48,872 bases of DNA from Clostridia bacterium. GTDB taxonomy: Bacteria; Bacillota; Clostridia; TANB77; CAG-508. The stretch lies in the NCBI GenBank assembly GCA_022794615.1, contig JAAWFD010000010.1:1-48872 (forward strand), given 5' to 3'. Within the stretch, counting starts at the first letter, position 1. The number at the start of each line of letters is the position of its first letter. Position numbers and translations under genes: made by a program. Of this stretch, positions 1 through 9,083 are shown in pieces. Below the pieces are notes generated by a model. It did no database searches and was not told the DNA's origin. It worked only from the letters and a program-made list of their open reading frames with translations.

Positions 1-214
1 CCTTGTACCCAAGTAAAGTATTAATATAATTATAGCATGAAATATTCAAAAACTAAATTCCGATTAAGCCATCACTGGAATTTACTTTTAAATTTAAGGA
101 AATTCATATAACTTAGCAAAAACACTTTAAAAAAAAACACAAATTTGATATAATACAAAACAAACAATAAGAAGGAAAAAAGTTTTATAAAAAACAAACA
201 AAAGTGGAGGAAAC

Positions 215-2059
215 ATGTTAGAGAGGATAAACACACCACAGGATTTAAAACAATTAAACAAAGAAGAAAAAAATCAGTTAGCAGAAGAAATAAGAAGATA
301 TATAATAGAAACAGTCTCAAAAAATGGAGGACATTTAGCATCAAATTTAGGAGTAGTCGAGTTAACAATAGCATTACATAGCATATATAATGTACCACAA
401 GACAAAATAATATGGGATGTAGGGCATCAAACATATACACATAAAATACTAACAGGAAGAAAAGAAGAATTCAAAAAAATAAGAACAAAAGAAGGAATAG
501 CAGGATTTCCAAAAACTTGTGAAGCAGAAGAAGACTGTTTTAATACAGGACACAGTAGTACATCAATATCAGTAGCTTTAGGAATGGCAAAAGCACGAGA
601 CATAGAAAACAAAAAAAGTTCAGTAGTTGCAATAATAGGAGATGGAGCACTTACAGGAGGAATGGCATTAGAAGCATTAAATGATGCTGGAAACAGTAAG
701 ACAAAAATAACAGTAATATTAAATGATAATGAAATGAGCATATCAAGAAATGTAGGAGGAGTAAATAGGCTTTTAAGCAGATTAAGAACTAAAAAACTAT
801 ATACAAAATCCAACATATCAATAAAAAAAGTAATAAGCAAGATTCCATTAATAGGAAAAACAATAGTAAAATTAATACAAAGGACAAAAAGAAGTATAAA
901 ACAGCTAATAATACCAAAAATGTACTTTGAAGACATAGGATTTACATATCTAGGACCAGTAGATGGACATAATATAGAGCAACTAGAAAACATTTTAAAA
1001 GACAGCCAAAAGCTACAAGGACCTGTACTAATACATGTAATAACTAAAAAAGGAAAAGGATATAAACCAGCAGAAGAAAATCCAGACAAATTTCATGCAA
1101 CAGGAAGTTTTGATATAGAAACAGGAAAATCCCAAAAAGAGAAGCCAAAAGACTATTCAAAAGTATTTGGAGACAAACTAGTAGAACTAGCACAAAAAAA
1201 CAATAAAATAGTAGCAATAACAGCAGCAATGAAAGATGGAACAGGATTATCAAAATTTAGCACAACATTTCCAAATAGATTTTTTGATGTAGGAATTGCA
1301 GAACAACATGCATTAGGATTTGGAGCAGGACTAGCAAAGTCAGGTATGATACCAGTAATTCCTATATATTCATCATTTTATCAAAGAGCATATGACCAAG
1401 CAATACATGATATATGTTTGCAGAATTTACATGTTATAATGTGTGTAGATAGAGCTGGACTAGTAGGAGCAGATGGAGAAACTCACCATGGAGTATTTGA
1501 CTTATCATTTTTCAAAACAATTCCTAATATTGTAATATTAGCACCAAAAAACTTTGAGGAACTAGAAAAAATGCTAGAATTTGCAGTAGAAATACAAAAA
1601 CCAGTAGTTATAAGATATCCAAGAGGTGGAGAAGGAAAAATAAAATTTGATAAATGTCAAAAAATAGAACTAGGAAAAAGTGAAATAATACAAGAAGGAA
1701 ATGATTTAAGCATAATAGGAATAGGAAATACCATAGAAAGTTGTGTTGAGCTTGCAAAAGAACTAGAAAAAGAAAACATAAATGTAGAAGTAATAAACAC
1801 AAGATTTCTAAAACCATTTGACAAAGAAACAATATTAAAATCAATAAACAAAACTAAAAAGGTTATAACTATGGAAGATAATACTACAGTAGGAGGACTA
1901 GCAACAGAAGTTAAAGAATTAATTGCTGAAAATAATCTAAATGATATAGAAATAAAAAGCTATGGAATAGATGATAAATTTATGGGATATGCAACATGGG
2001 AGGACATATTTGAAGATATAAAAAATAAAGAAACAAAAAAAGAGAAGGTGTTAAATTGA
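215..2059 (+). CDS. dxs: 1-deoxy-D-xylulose-5-phosphate synthase
   Basis: Motifs GGHLASNLGVVELT, WDVGHQ, TGHSSTSIS, GDGALTGGMALEALN, DVGIAEQHA, DRAGLVGADGETHHG, IRYPRG; GGAGG RBS. Confidence 0.97.
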   Translation: MLERINTPQDLKQLNKEEKNQLAEEIRRYIIETVSKNGGHLASNLGVVELTIALHSIYNVPQDKIIWDVGHQTYTHKILTGRKEEFKKIRTKEGIAGFPKTCEAEEDCFNTGHSSTSISVALGMAKARDIENKKSSVVAIIGDGALTGGMALEALNDAGNSKTKITVILNDNEMSISRNVGGVNRLLSRLRTKKLYTKSNISIKKVISKIPLIGKTIVKLIQRTKRSIKQLIIPKMYFEDIGFTYLGPVDGHNIEQLENILKDSQKLQGPVLIHVITKKGKGYKPAEENPDKFHATGSFDIETGKSQKEKPKDYSKVFGDKLVELAQKNNKIVAITAAMKDGTGLSKFSTTFPNRFFDVGIAEQHALGFGAGLAKSGMIPVIPIYSSFYQRAYDQAIHDICLQNLHVIMCVDRAGLVGADGETHHGVFDLSFFKTIPNIVILAPKNFEELEKMLEFAVEIQKPVVIRYPRGGEGKIKFDKCQKIELGKSEIIQEGNDLSIIGIGNTIESCVELAKELEKENINVEVINTRFLKPFDKETILKSINKTKKVITMEDNTTVGGLATEVKELIAENNLNDIEIKSYGIDDKFMGYATWEDIFEDIKNKETKKEKVLN

Positions 2060-2526
2060 AAAAAGTGCTATTCATATCAAGTACAGGAGGACACTTAAAT
2101 GAGTTATTACAATTAAAACCATTATTCGAAAAATATGATTATCATATAATAACTGAAAAAGACAAGGCAAATGAAAGTTTAAAAGAAGAATATAAAGAAA
2201 AAATAGACTATCTGCCATATGGAACAAGAAGTAAATTATTTTCATATATATTCAAATATTCATATTTGTGCTTGAAAACTGTATATTTATATTTTAAAAT
2301 AAGACCTAAGTATATAATAACAACGGGAACACATACAGCTGGACCAATGTGTTATATAGGAAAAATATTTGGAAGTAAAATTATATATATAGAAACAATA
2401 GCAAATGTAAACAGAAAAACTGCAACAGGAAGATTAATTTATCCAATAGCAGACTTATTTATAGTACAATGGGAAGAAATGTTGAAATTATATCCAAAAG
2501 CAATTTATGGAGGGTCAATATTTTAA
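2056..2526 (+). CDS. Alg14/PssD/CpsF-like glycosyltransferase partner subunit
   Basis: SSTGGHL, IITTG, IYIET, FIVQW motifs; TTG start overlaps the dxs stop. Confidence 0.88.
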   Translation: MKKVLFISSTGGHLNELLQLKPLFEKYDYHIITEKDKANESLKEEYKEKIDYLPYGTRSKLFSYIFKYSYLCLKTVYLYFKIRPKYIITTGTHTAGPMCYIGKIFGSKIIYIETIANVNRKTATGRLIYPIADLFIVQWEEMLKLYPKAIYGGSIF

Positions 2527-2536
2527 GATTATAAAG

Positions 2537-2632
2537 ATATATATGTATTTTTTTTAATAATATAGCTTTTTTTCCAATGAGCGGGAATTCCCGCTCACTA
2601 GAAAAAAAGGCTAAAATAAAAAAATATATATT
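2537..2632. repeat. Intergenic long hairpin, dispersed family B, copy 1
   Basis: TAGCTTTTTTTCCAATGAGCGGG-AATT-CCCGCTCACTAGAAAAAAAGGCTA with outer arms TATTTTTTT/AAAAAAATA; related to 15764-15845 and 37755-37813. Confidence 0.8.
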
Positions 2633-2684
2633 AGTAAGGTAGCGTACAAAGAATAAAGTAAAATTGGGAAAACAGGAGGTAACA

Positions 2685-3164
2685 ATGGTACTAGTATTAT
2701 TAGGAACACAAAATAATAGTTTTCACAGACTACTAGAAGAAGTAGAAAAAAACATAGAAAACAAAAAAATTACAGAAGAAGTAATAGTTCAAGCAGGATA
2801 CACAAAATATGAAACAGAAAAAATGAAAGTATTTGAGACATTACCAAAAGAAGAACTAGGAGAATTAATAAAAAGCGCAAACTATGTAATATCACATGGT
2901 GGAGTAGGCTCAATGATAACATCAAATCAAGAAGGAAAAAAAGTAATAGGAGTACCAAGACAGAAAAAATACCAAGAACATGTAAATGACCATCAAAAAG
3001 CAACAGTAGAAGAGTTCAAACAAAAAGGATATGTACTAGGAATAGAAGAAGTAGAAGAATTAGGAGAAGCAATAGAAAAATTAAAAGAATTTGAGCCAGT
3101 ATTATATAAGAAAAAAGAAAGTAATATAATAAAAATAATTGAAGAATATATAGAAAATAATTAA
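2685..3164 (+). CDS. Alg13/PssE/CpsG-like glycosyltransferase (GT28 C-terminal domain)
   Basis: VLLGTQ..F.RL, VIVQAG, ISHGGVGS, VPR..KYQEHVNDHQ; start moved to ATG 2685 after CAGGAGG. Confidence 0.88.
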   Translation: MVLVLLGTQNNSFHRLLEEVEKNIENKKITEEVIVQAGYTKYETEKMKVFETLPKEELGELIKSANYVISHGGVGSMITSNQEGKKVIGVPRQKKYQEHVNDHQKATVEEFKQKGYVLGIEEVEELGEAIEKLKEFEPVLYKKKESNIIKIIEEYIENN

Positions 3165-3177
3165 GGGGGACACCAAC

Positions 3178-4506
3178 ATGGGAGAAAAAATGAAACCGAA
3201 AACATTACCAGGATTTATGGAATTATTACCAAATGAACAAATACTATTTAATAAAATGAAAGAAACTATACAAAAAACATATGAAACATATGGATTTTTG
3301 CCAATAGACACACCAATAATAGAAGACGCACAAGTATTACTTGCAAAAGCAGGAGGAGAAACAGAAAAACAAATATACAGATTTGAAAAAGGAGAAAACG
3401 ACTTAGCACTAAGATTTGACTTAACAGTACCACTTGCAAAATATGTAACAGAATATTATGATAAATTAAGTTTTCCATTCAAAAGATATCAAATAGGAAA
3501 AGTATATCGAGGAGAAAAGCCACAAAGGGGAAGATTTAGAGAATTTTATCAATGTGATGTAGATATAATAGGAGATGGAGAATTATCAATAATAAATGAT
3601 GCGGAAATACCATCTATAATATACAATACATTTAAAGAACTAGGATTTAGTGATTTTACAATTTGTATAAATAACAGAAAAATATTAAATGGACTATTCA
3701 AGAGTTTAGAATTAGCAAATGAATCAGTACAAATATTAAGAATAATAGATAAAATAGATAAAATAGGTAAAGATGAAGTAAGAAAAGAATTATCAAGCAC
3801 TATTGAAGATAACAAATTAGAAACAATAATGAAATTCATATCAATAGATGGAAATAATGATAAAAAAATACAATTATTAGAAGAATTAAACATCAAAGAT
3901 GAAGTATTTAATCAAGGATTAAGTGAAATAAAACAAGTAACGAAATTTATAAAAATATTTGGAGTACCAGAAGAAAATTTCAAAATAGACTTAACAATAG
4001 CAAGAGGATTAGATTATTACACAGGGACAGTATATGAAACATTTTTAAATCAATACAGAAAATTAGGAAGTATATGTTCAGGAGGAAGATATGATAATTT
4101 AACAGAGTATTATACAGATAGAAAAATGCCAGGAGTAGGAATTTCTATAGGATTATCAAGACTATTCTTCCAATTAGTTGATAATAAAATAATATCAGCA
4201 GAAAAAGAATCAATATCAGATGTATTAGTAATATCAATGTGTGATGACTATGATATGTGTGCTGAAGTTGCATCAAAATTAAGAGAAAGTCAAATAAATG
4301 TACAAATAAACATAGAAAATCAAAAAGTAGGAAAGAAATTTAAGTATGCAAATAACTTAAATGTAAAATATGTAATTATAATAGGAGAAGATGAAATAAA
4401 AAACAATGTTGTTACATTAAAGAATATGATTACAGGTGAACAAGAAACAATAAAAATAGAAGAAGCAATAGCGAAAATAAAAGGAAATGTTGAATATGAA
4501 AAATAG
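3178..4506 (+). CDS. hisS: Histidyl-tRNA synthetase
   Basis: LALRFDLTVP, YRGEKPQRGRFREFYQCD, ARGLDYYTG, SGGRYDNL, C-terminal anticodon-binding domain. Confidence 0.97.
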   Translation: MGEKMKPKTLPGFMELLPNEQILFNKMKETIQKTYETYGFLPIDTPIIEDAQVLLAKAGGETEKQIYRFEKGENDLALRFDLTVPLAKYVTEYYDKLSFPFKRYQIGKVYRGEKPQRGRFREFYQCDVDIIGDGELSIINDAEIPSIIYNTFKELGFSDFTICINNRKILNGLFKSLELANESVQILRIIDKIDKIGKDEVRKELSSTIEDNKLETIMKFISIDGNNDKKIQLLEELNIKDEVFNQGLSEIKQVTKFIKIFGVPEENFKIDLTIARGLDYYTGTVYETFLNQYRKLGSICSGGRYDNLTEYYTDRKMPGVGISIGLSRLFFQLVDNKIISAEKESISDVLVISMCDDYDMCAEVASKLRESQINVQINIENQKVGKKFKYANNLNVKYVIIIGEDEIKNNVVTLKNMITGEQETIKIEEAIAKIKGNVEYEK

Positions 4507-6058
4507 AAAAAAAGAAATAATATTACTTGGTATCATAATAATTATACAAACAATAATATTTGTAGTAGTAGGGAACTTAAAAACATATATACATATGGAT
4601 GAAGCATATTCTTTAGGACTAGCAAGCTATGATAAAGTAGAAATACAAGATAATGAAGATTTTTATAATAATTGGCATAATGGAAAATATTACGAAGATT
4701 ATTTGGCAGTTAATGATGATGAAATAGGAGAATACAAACAAGTATATGAAAATCAAAAAAATGATGTACATCCACCTTTATACTATTTGCTATTAAGATT
4801 TGCAATGGGATTTAGTATAAACCATTATTCAAAATGGCCAGGGATAATACTAAATATGATAATATGGGCGATAATCACAATATTTACATATTTAATATTA
4901 GAAAAAATGATAAAGAGTAAGAAAAGAACAGCAATATTAACATTAGTATCAGGAATTACAATGGCATCATTAACAAATGTAATATATATAAGAATGTATG
5001 CTTTTTCAACATTAAATATATTGATTACAACGTATTTACATATGAGATTACAAGATGATACAAAAAAAGTAAATGTCAAATTATTAATATGTATTGGAAT
5101 ATCAGCATTAGTAGGGTCTTTAACGCATTATTACTATTTATTCTACTTAGCAATGATATATATAGTATTTGCAATAAAATACATAAAACAAAAGAATTAT
5201 AAAAACTTAATATATTACACAGTAGCAATGGCAATTGCAGGTGCATTATCATTAATAATATTCCCATATTCTATACAACATATGTTTTTTGGATATAGAG
5301 GGCAAGGAGTTATTAGTAATTTATTAAATGTACCACAATTTTTAAGTAGTTTAGGTCAATATATATTTAAACTAAATTATTTTGCATTTAATAATATAAT
5401 GTTTTTAATATTAATAGTAATAATAGCAATAATAATTTATAAATTGTGCAAAAAACAAAAAATCAACAATGAAAAAAATGAATACATTAAAATATTACTA
5501 TTGCCTACATTATTTTACTTTATACTAGTATCAGTAGCATCACCTTGGATAGAATTAAGATATATAATGCCAATATGTAATTTAGCATTTATATTAGTAA
5601 TATATTATTTCTATCAAATTTTAAATAATATATATAATGAAAAGAAAATAGATATAATTATATTAATTACATTAATTGTAATGATGATTTCACCTGTTAT
5701 ATTTAGAATAGAGCCAGAAGTCATGTTTTCAGACAAAAAAGAGATTGTACAAAAGTTATCTTCTGAGTGGAATGTACCAACTATATACTTTTTCTGCTCA
5801 GAGAATAATAGATTTCTAGATGATATTTATTTATTTTCATTAGTAGATGAATCATATATAGCCAAAGACATGGAATACAATAATGAAAATATGCAAAAGC
5901 TTTTAGAAGGCAAGGATATTTCAAACGGAATTATTGTTTTTATAAACGGGGGACAACAAAATGATGATATACTTTCTATCCTAACAGAGGCAACTTCAAT
6001 AGAAAGTTGTACATGGGTTAAAAGATTAAATGCTTGTGATGTTTATTATTGTAAATAA
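4496..6058 (+). CDS. Polytopic GT-C fold (PMT/ArnT-like) membrane glycosyltransferase
   Basis: HMDEAYS after TM1, DVHPPLYYLLL, IRMY, LTHYY, ELRYIMP; many TM segments; start at 4487 or 4496, overlapping the hisS end. Confidence 0.75.
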   Translation: MKNRKKEIILLGIIIIIQTIIFVVVGNLKTYIHMDEAYSLGLASYDKVEIQDNEDFYNNWHNGKYYEDYLAVNDDEIGEYKQVYENQKNDVHPPLYYLLLRFAMGFSINHYSKWPGIILNMIIWAIITIFTYLILEKMIKSKKRTAILTLVSGITMASLTNVIYIRMYAFSTLNILITTYLHMRLQDDTKKVNVKLLICIGISALVGSLTHYYYLFYLAMIYIVFAIKYIKQKNYKNLIYYTVAMAIAGALSLIIFPYSIQHMFFGYRGQGVISNLLNVPQFLSSLGQYIFKLNYFAFNNIMFLILIVIIAIIIYKLCKKQKINNEKNEYIKILLLPTLFYFILVSVASPWIELRYIMPICNLAFILVIYYFYQILNNIYNEKKIDIIILITLIVMMISPVIFRIEPEVMFSDKKEIVQKLSSEWNVPTIYFFCSENNRFLDDIYLFSLVDESYIAKDMEYNNENMQKLLEGKDISNGIIVFINGGQQNDDILSILTEATSIESCTWVKRLNACDVYYCK

Positions 6059-6063
6059 GATTT

Positions 6064-6103
6064 AAAGAGATTAAATAAGTTACCAACTTACTAATCTCTT
6101 TTT
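6064..6103 (+). terminator. Intrinsic terminator
   Basis: AAGAGATTA..TAAGTT-ACC-AACTTA.TAATCTCTT followed by a T-tract. Confidence 0.7.
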
Positions 6104-6274
6104 ATTTTATAGAAAAAATAAAAGATTTTATTATACAACAAGATTAAGTTCTTATATTTAATGATAAATGAAATATGAATAAACTTATAGAAACTATCAT
6201 AAAATATAACAAGCAAAGGATATAGGGGTTTATAGGTAAAACCTTAGAAAAACCTAAATATGTATATATAAGGA

Positions 6275-7528
6275 ATGAAGAAAATGGCTAAAAAGCAAGT
6301 AATAGCAATATTTATATCATGCATCATATTATTCAATAGTATAAGTCTTTCATATAGTGAATATGTTTGGTCAGCAAGTAGTGAGACATCTAGTAACATA
6401 GGAGATACGCAAGCAGTAGCATCAATAATAACTGGAGAAAATATAGAAGAAAATAATTCATTAAATTTAGAATGTGGCTCAGCAATATTAATAGAACAAA
6501 CTACAGGACAAATATTATATTCACATAATGTACATGAACAATTAAGACCAGCAAGTGTAACAAAGGTAATGAGTATATTATTAATAATGGAACAGATATC
6601 TAGTGGAAGATTAACCTATGAAACTAAAATTTCATGTAGTTCAAATGCAGCAAGTATGGGAGGCTCACAAATATGGCTAGATACAACTGAAAAATTATCA
6701 GTAGATGAAATGTTAAGAGCAATATGTATTAGTTCAGCAAACGACTGTGTAATGGCAATGGCAGAACATATATCAGGAACTGAAGAAGAATTTGTAAAAC
6801 TAATGAATGAAAAAGCAAAACAATTAGGAATGAATGATACAACATTTAAAAATTGTCATGGATTAGATGAAGATGGTCATGTAACATCTAGTTATGATAT
6901 AAGCCTAATGTCAAGGGAACTATTAACTAAGTATCCTGAAATAACAAAATATACTAGCACATATATGGATAGTTTAAGAGATGGAAAGTCTGAATTAGTA
7001 AATACAAATAAACTAGTAAGAAATTATGAAGGATGTACAGGATTAAAGACTGGGTCAACAGGTTTAGCATTATACAATGTATCTGCATCTGCTACAAGAG
7101 ATGGATTATCATTAATTGCAGTTATAATGAAAGGACCTACTTCTCAAAAAAGATTTGATGAGGCAGAAAAACTATTAGATTACGGATTTAATACATTTGA
7201 ATATAAAGAATTTGCTACAAAAGGAGATAAATTAAAAAATATAGATGTTTCTAAAGGAATATATCCAACAGTTGAAGGAATCTTTGAGAATAATGTGGGA
7301 GTATTAATACAAAAAGGGCAGTCGAGTCAGGTTACACAGACAGTAACATTAGAAGAAAATATATCTGCACCTATAGTAGAAGGTCAAAAATTAGGAGAAG
7401 TAACTTATAGTGTAGGTGATGAAAAGTTGTTGTCTATAAACATTATTGCAAAAGATGAAGTGAAAAAAATGAATGTTTTTACAATGCTAATTAAGATTTA
7501 TTCAAAATGGGGAAATATGTTAAGATAA
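6275..7528 (+). CDS. D-alanyl-D-alanine carboxypeptidase (peptidase S11, DacF-like)
   Basis: Signal peptide, PASVTK (SxxK), SAN (SxN), KTG, MGGSQIWL, PBP5 C-terminal domain. Confidence 0.92.
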   Translation: MKKMAKKQVIAIFISCIILFNSISLSYSEYVWSASSETSSNIGDTQAVASIITGENIEENNSLNLECGSAILIEQTTGQILYSHNVHEQLRPASVTKVMSILLIMEQISSGRLTYETKISCSSNAASMGGSQIWLDTTEKLSVDEMLRAICISSANDCVMAMAEHISGTEEEFVKLMNEKAKQLGMNDTTFKNCHGLDEDGHVTSSYDISLMSRELLTKYPEITKYTSTYMDSLRDGKSELVNTNKLVRNYEGCTGLKTGSTGLALYNVSASATRDGLSLIAVIMKGPTSQKRFDEAEKLLDYGFNTFEYKEFATKGDKLKNIDVSKGIYPTVEGIFENNVGVLIQKGQSSQVTQTVTLEENISAPIVEGQKLGEVTYSVGDEKLLSINIIAKDEVKKMNVFTMLIKIYSKWGNMLR

Positions 7529-7555
7529 TATAAATATTTTAAAAGATTAAAATGT

Positions 7556-7801
7556 TTATTTATAAGCTTGACCTCTATTGTCAGCTTTTGTTACTAAAAT
7601 AGTAAGTTCATAATGATTTAATTCATAAATACTTCTGAAGTCTCCGACACGAAGTCGATATTCAGATTTACAACCTGCCATTTTCTTTACATCTCCATTT
7701 GGCAGGTTGTAAATTGCCTTATAAATTCTTATCCTTTGAATTTTGTCTTGTTTTTCAATAAACTTCAAAGCTTTGGGTCTAATCTTTATTTTGTAAATCA
7801 T
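7556..7801 (-). CDS. RelE/ParE family type II toxin
   Basis: YKIKI..KALKFI, GDVKKM, YRLRVGDFR.IY, DNRGQAYK. Confidence 0.88.
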   Translation of the reverse strand: MIYKIKIRPKALKFIEKQDKIQRIRIYKAIYNLPNGDVKKMAGCKSEYRLRVGDFRSIYELNHYELTILVTKADNRGQAYK

Positions 7802-8075
7802 TGTATGTCAACCCCTCTCTTTCTAGTAATTCTTCGAAAGACACAGCATTTTTATATTCTTCTTCCTTTGTATCTTTACTTTCTGTTAAATAGTCTAAAT
7901 ACATTACTTTTTCAGTAATATCCATGTTTGCTAAAATGGCAGTAGGCTCTAATTTTAATAATTCAGAATCAATAGCATTTTCCATTAATGATTTAACAGA
8001 ATTTAGACACTCTAAATTAAGTCTTGGTGTCATTTTAATAATATCTTTTATTGTTTGAATTTGTATTTCAGACAT
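7779..8075 (-). CDS. Putative cognate antitoxin
   Basis: Small acidic ORF upstream of and overlapping the toxin; C-terminal VSFEELLEREGL; GAAAGGAG RBS. Confidence 0.7.
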   Translation of the reverse strand: MSEIQIQTIKDIIKMTPRLNLECLNSVKSLMENAIDSELLKLEPTAILANMDITEKVMYLDYLTESKDTKEEEYKNAVSFEELLEREGLTYNDLQNKD

Positions 8076-8185
8076 AATTATCAGCTCCTTTCTATAATTT
8101 TATATATTTATTATAGCAAGTTAAAGGTTAATTTACAATATTAATAATCTTTAATTTTTTAAAATAATGACTTATATTATTATTA

Positions 8186-8237
8186 AAAACAACTAATTTA
8201 TATGTGAAAATCACACAATTGTAAATTAGTTGCTTTT
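8186..8237 (-). terminator. Hairpin downstream of the VanW-like gene
   Basis: AAAACAACTAATTTA...TAAATTAGTTGCTTTT inverted repeat. Confidence 0.55.
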
Positions 8238-8259
8238 TAATATTAACATATAAAAGAAT

Positions 8260-8928
8260 TTATTGCTGAACAAGTTTAACTAATCTAATAGTAATATCAT
8301 CGGTAGTATTAGAAGCATAGACTTTAACAATAGAATCAGAATTATTTTTAAACTTAAAATCATGAGAGCCATAAGAAACGGCAGCATCTTTACCCTTTTC
8401 AATATAAGGAACATCAGCACTATGAGGATGTCTCTCTACAATCTCTAATTCAGGAAAAGCCAAAACAGCATTATATAGTGTAGAACTAATCTGACAATTT
8501 CCTCCACCCAAGCCTTTAATTTCAATGCCATCAACTATAATATTAGCTTCTAGATATCCTCTATCAGTTGTAGCTTTACCAACAGTATCACAAAAAGAAA
8601 AGGTATCACCTGGTTTAACTTCTGTGCCATTTAAAGTACTACATGTTAAAGAAATATTTTGTTGTCTATTAGTATCTACCTTATTTTTAATTACAGTAGA
8701 ATATGAAGCAACATCTTGTTCAACAAATGTAGGAGGTTTTAAAGAAGTAGAATTAGAAGAATTGTTATTTTTAGAGTCATTAACATTATAATCTAAAGAT
8801 ATATTAGACCCACTTTTAGAAGCATTATAGTTATTTGAACTATCATCTTTATTATTCAAAAAATAAAAAAGAAAACCACCACCAACTAAAATAATTACAA
8901 CTACAATTAACCAAATATATTTTTTCAT
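8260..8928 (-). CDS. VanW-domain membrane-anchored protein (YoaR-like)
   Basis: N-terminal TM, R..NI.L, PGDTFSF, GLGGGNCQISSTLYNA, ERHPHS, GKDAAVSYG..DFKFKN; ATG 8928 after GAAAGGAG. Confidence 0.85.
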   Translation of the reverse strand: MKKYIWLIVVVIILVGGGFLFYFLNNKDDSSNNYNASKSGSNISLDYNVNDSKNNNSSNSTSLKPPTFVEQDVASYSTVIKNKVDTNRQQNISLTCSTLNGTEVKPGDTFSFCDTVGKATTDRGYLEANIIVDGIEIKGLGGGNCQISSTLYNAVLAFPELEIVERHPHSADVPYIEKGKDAAVSYGSHDFKFKNNSDSIVKVYASNTTDDITIRLVKLVQQ

Positions 8929-9017
8929 ATAAAAAATAAAATCTCCTTTCACTATTATGGATTATTTATTAATAATATTTCCCAAAATCAAGAAATTATT
9001 ATATCTAGAATAAAACA

Positions 9018-9046
9018 TTGAAAAAAAAAGAACAATATAGTACAAT
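9018..9046 (+). promoter_or_regulatory. Sigma-A type promoter of polA
   Basis: TTGAAA-17nt-TACAAT. Confidence 0.6.
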
Positions 9047-9083
9047 AATCAAAACAAGGTCTTAAAGAGAGGAAAATAAAAAA

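Noticed and set aside
1-90. Possible minus-strand promoter (TGCTATAAT) and AATTCC/GGAATT hairpin at the window start
   Set aside because: The downstream feature lies outside the window and the -35 is weak; nothing can be identified
1960-2059. Short, divergent C-terminus of Dxs as another possible frameshift
   Set aside because: No CGG at the site and no obviously better alternative frame; stop is coupled to the next start
3164-3190. T-box leader for hisS
   Set aside because: Only a 13-nt gap; no T-box consensus
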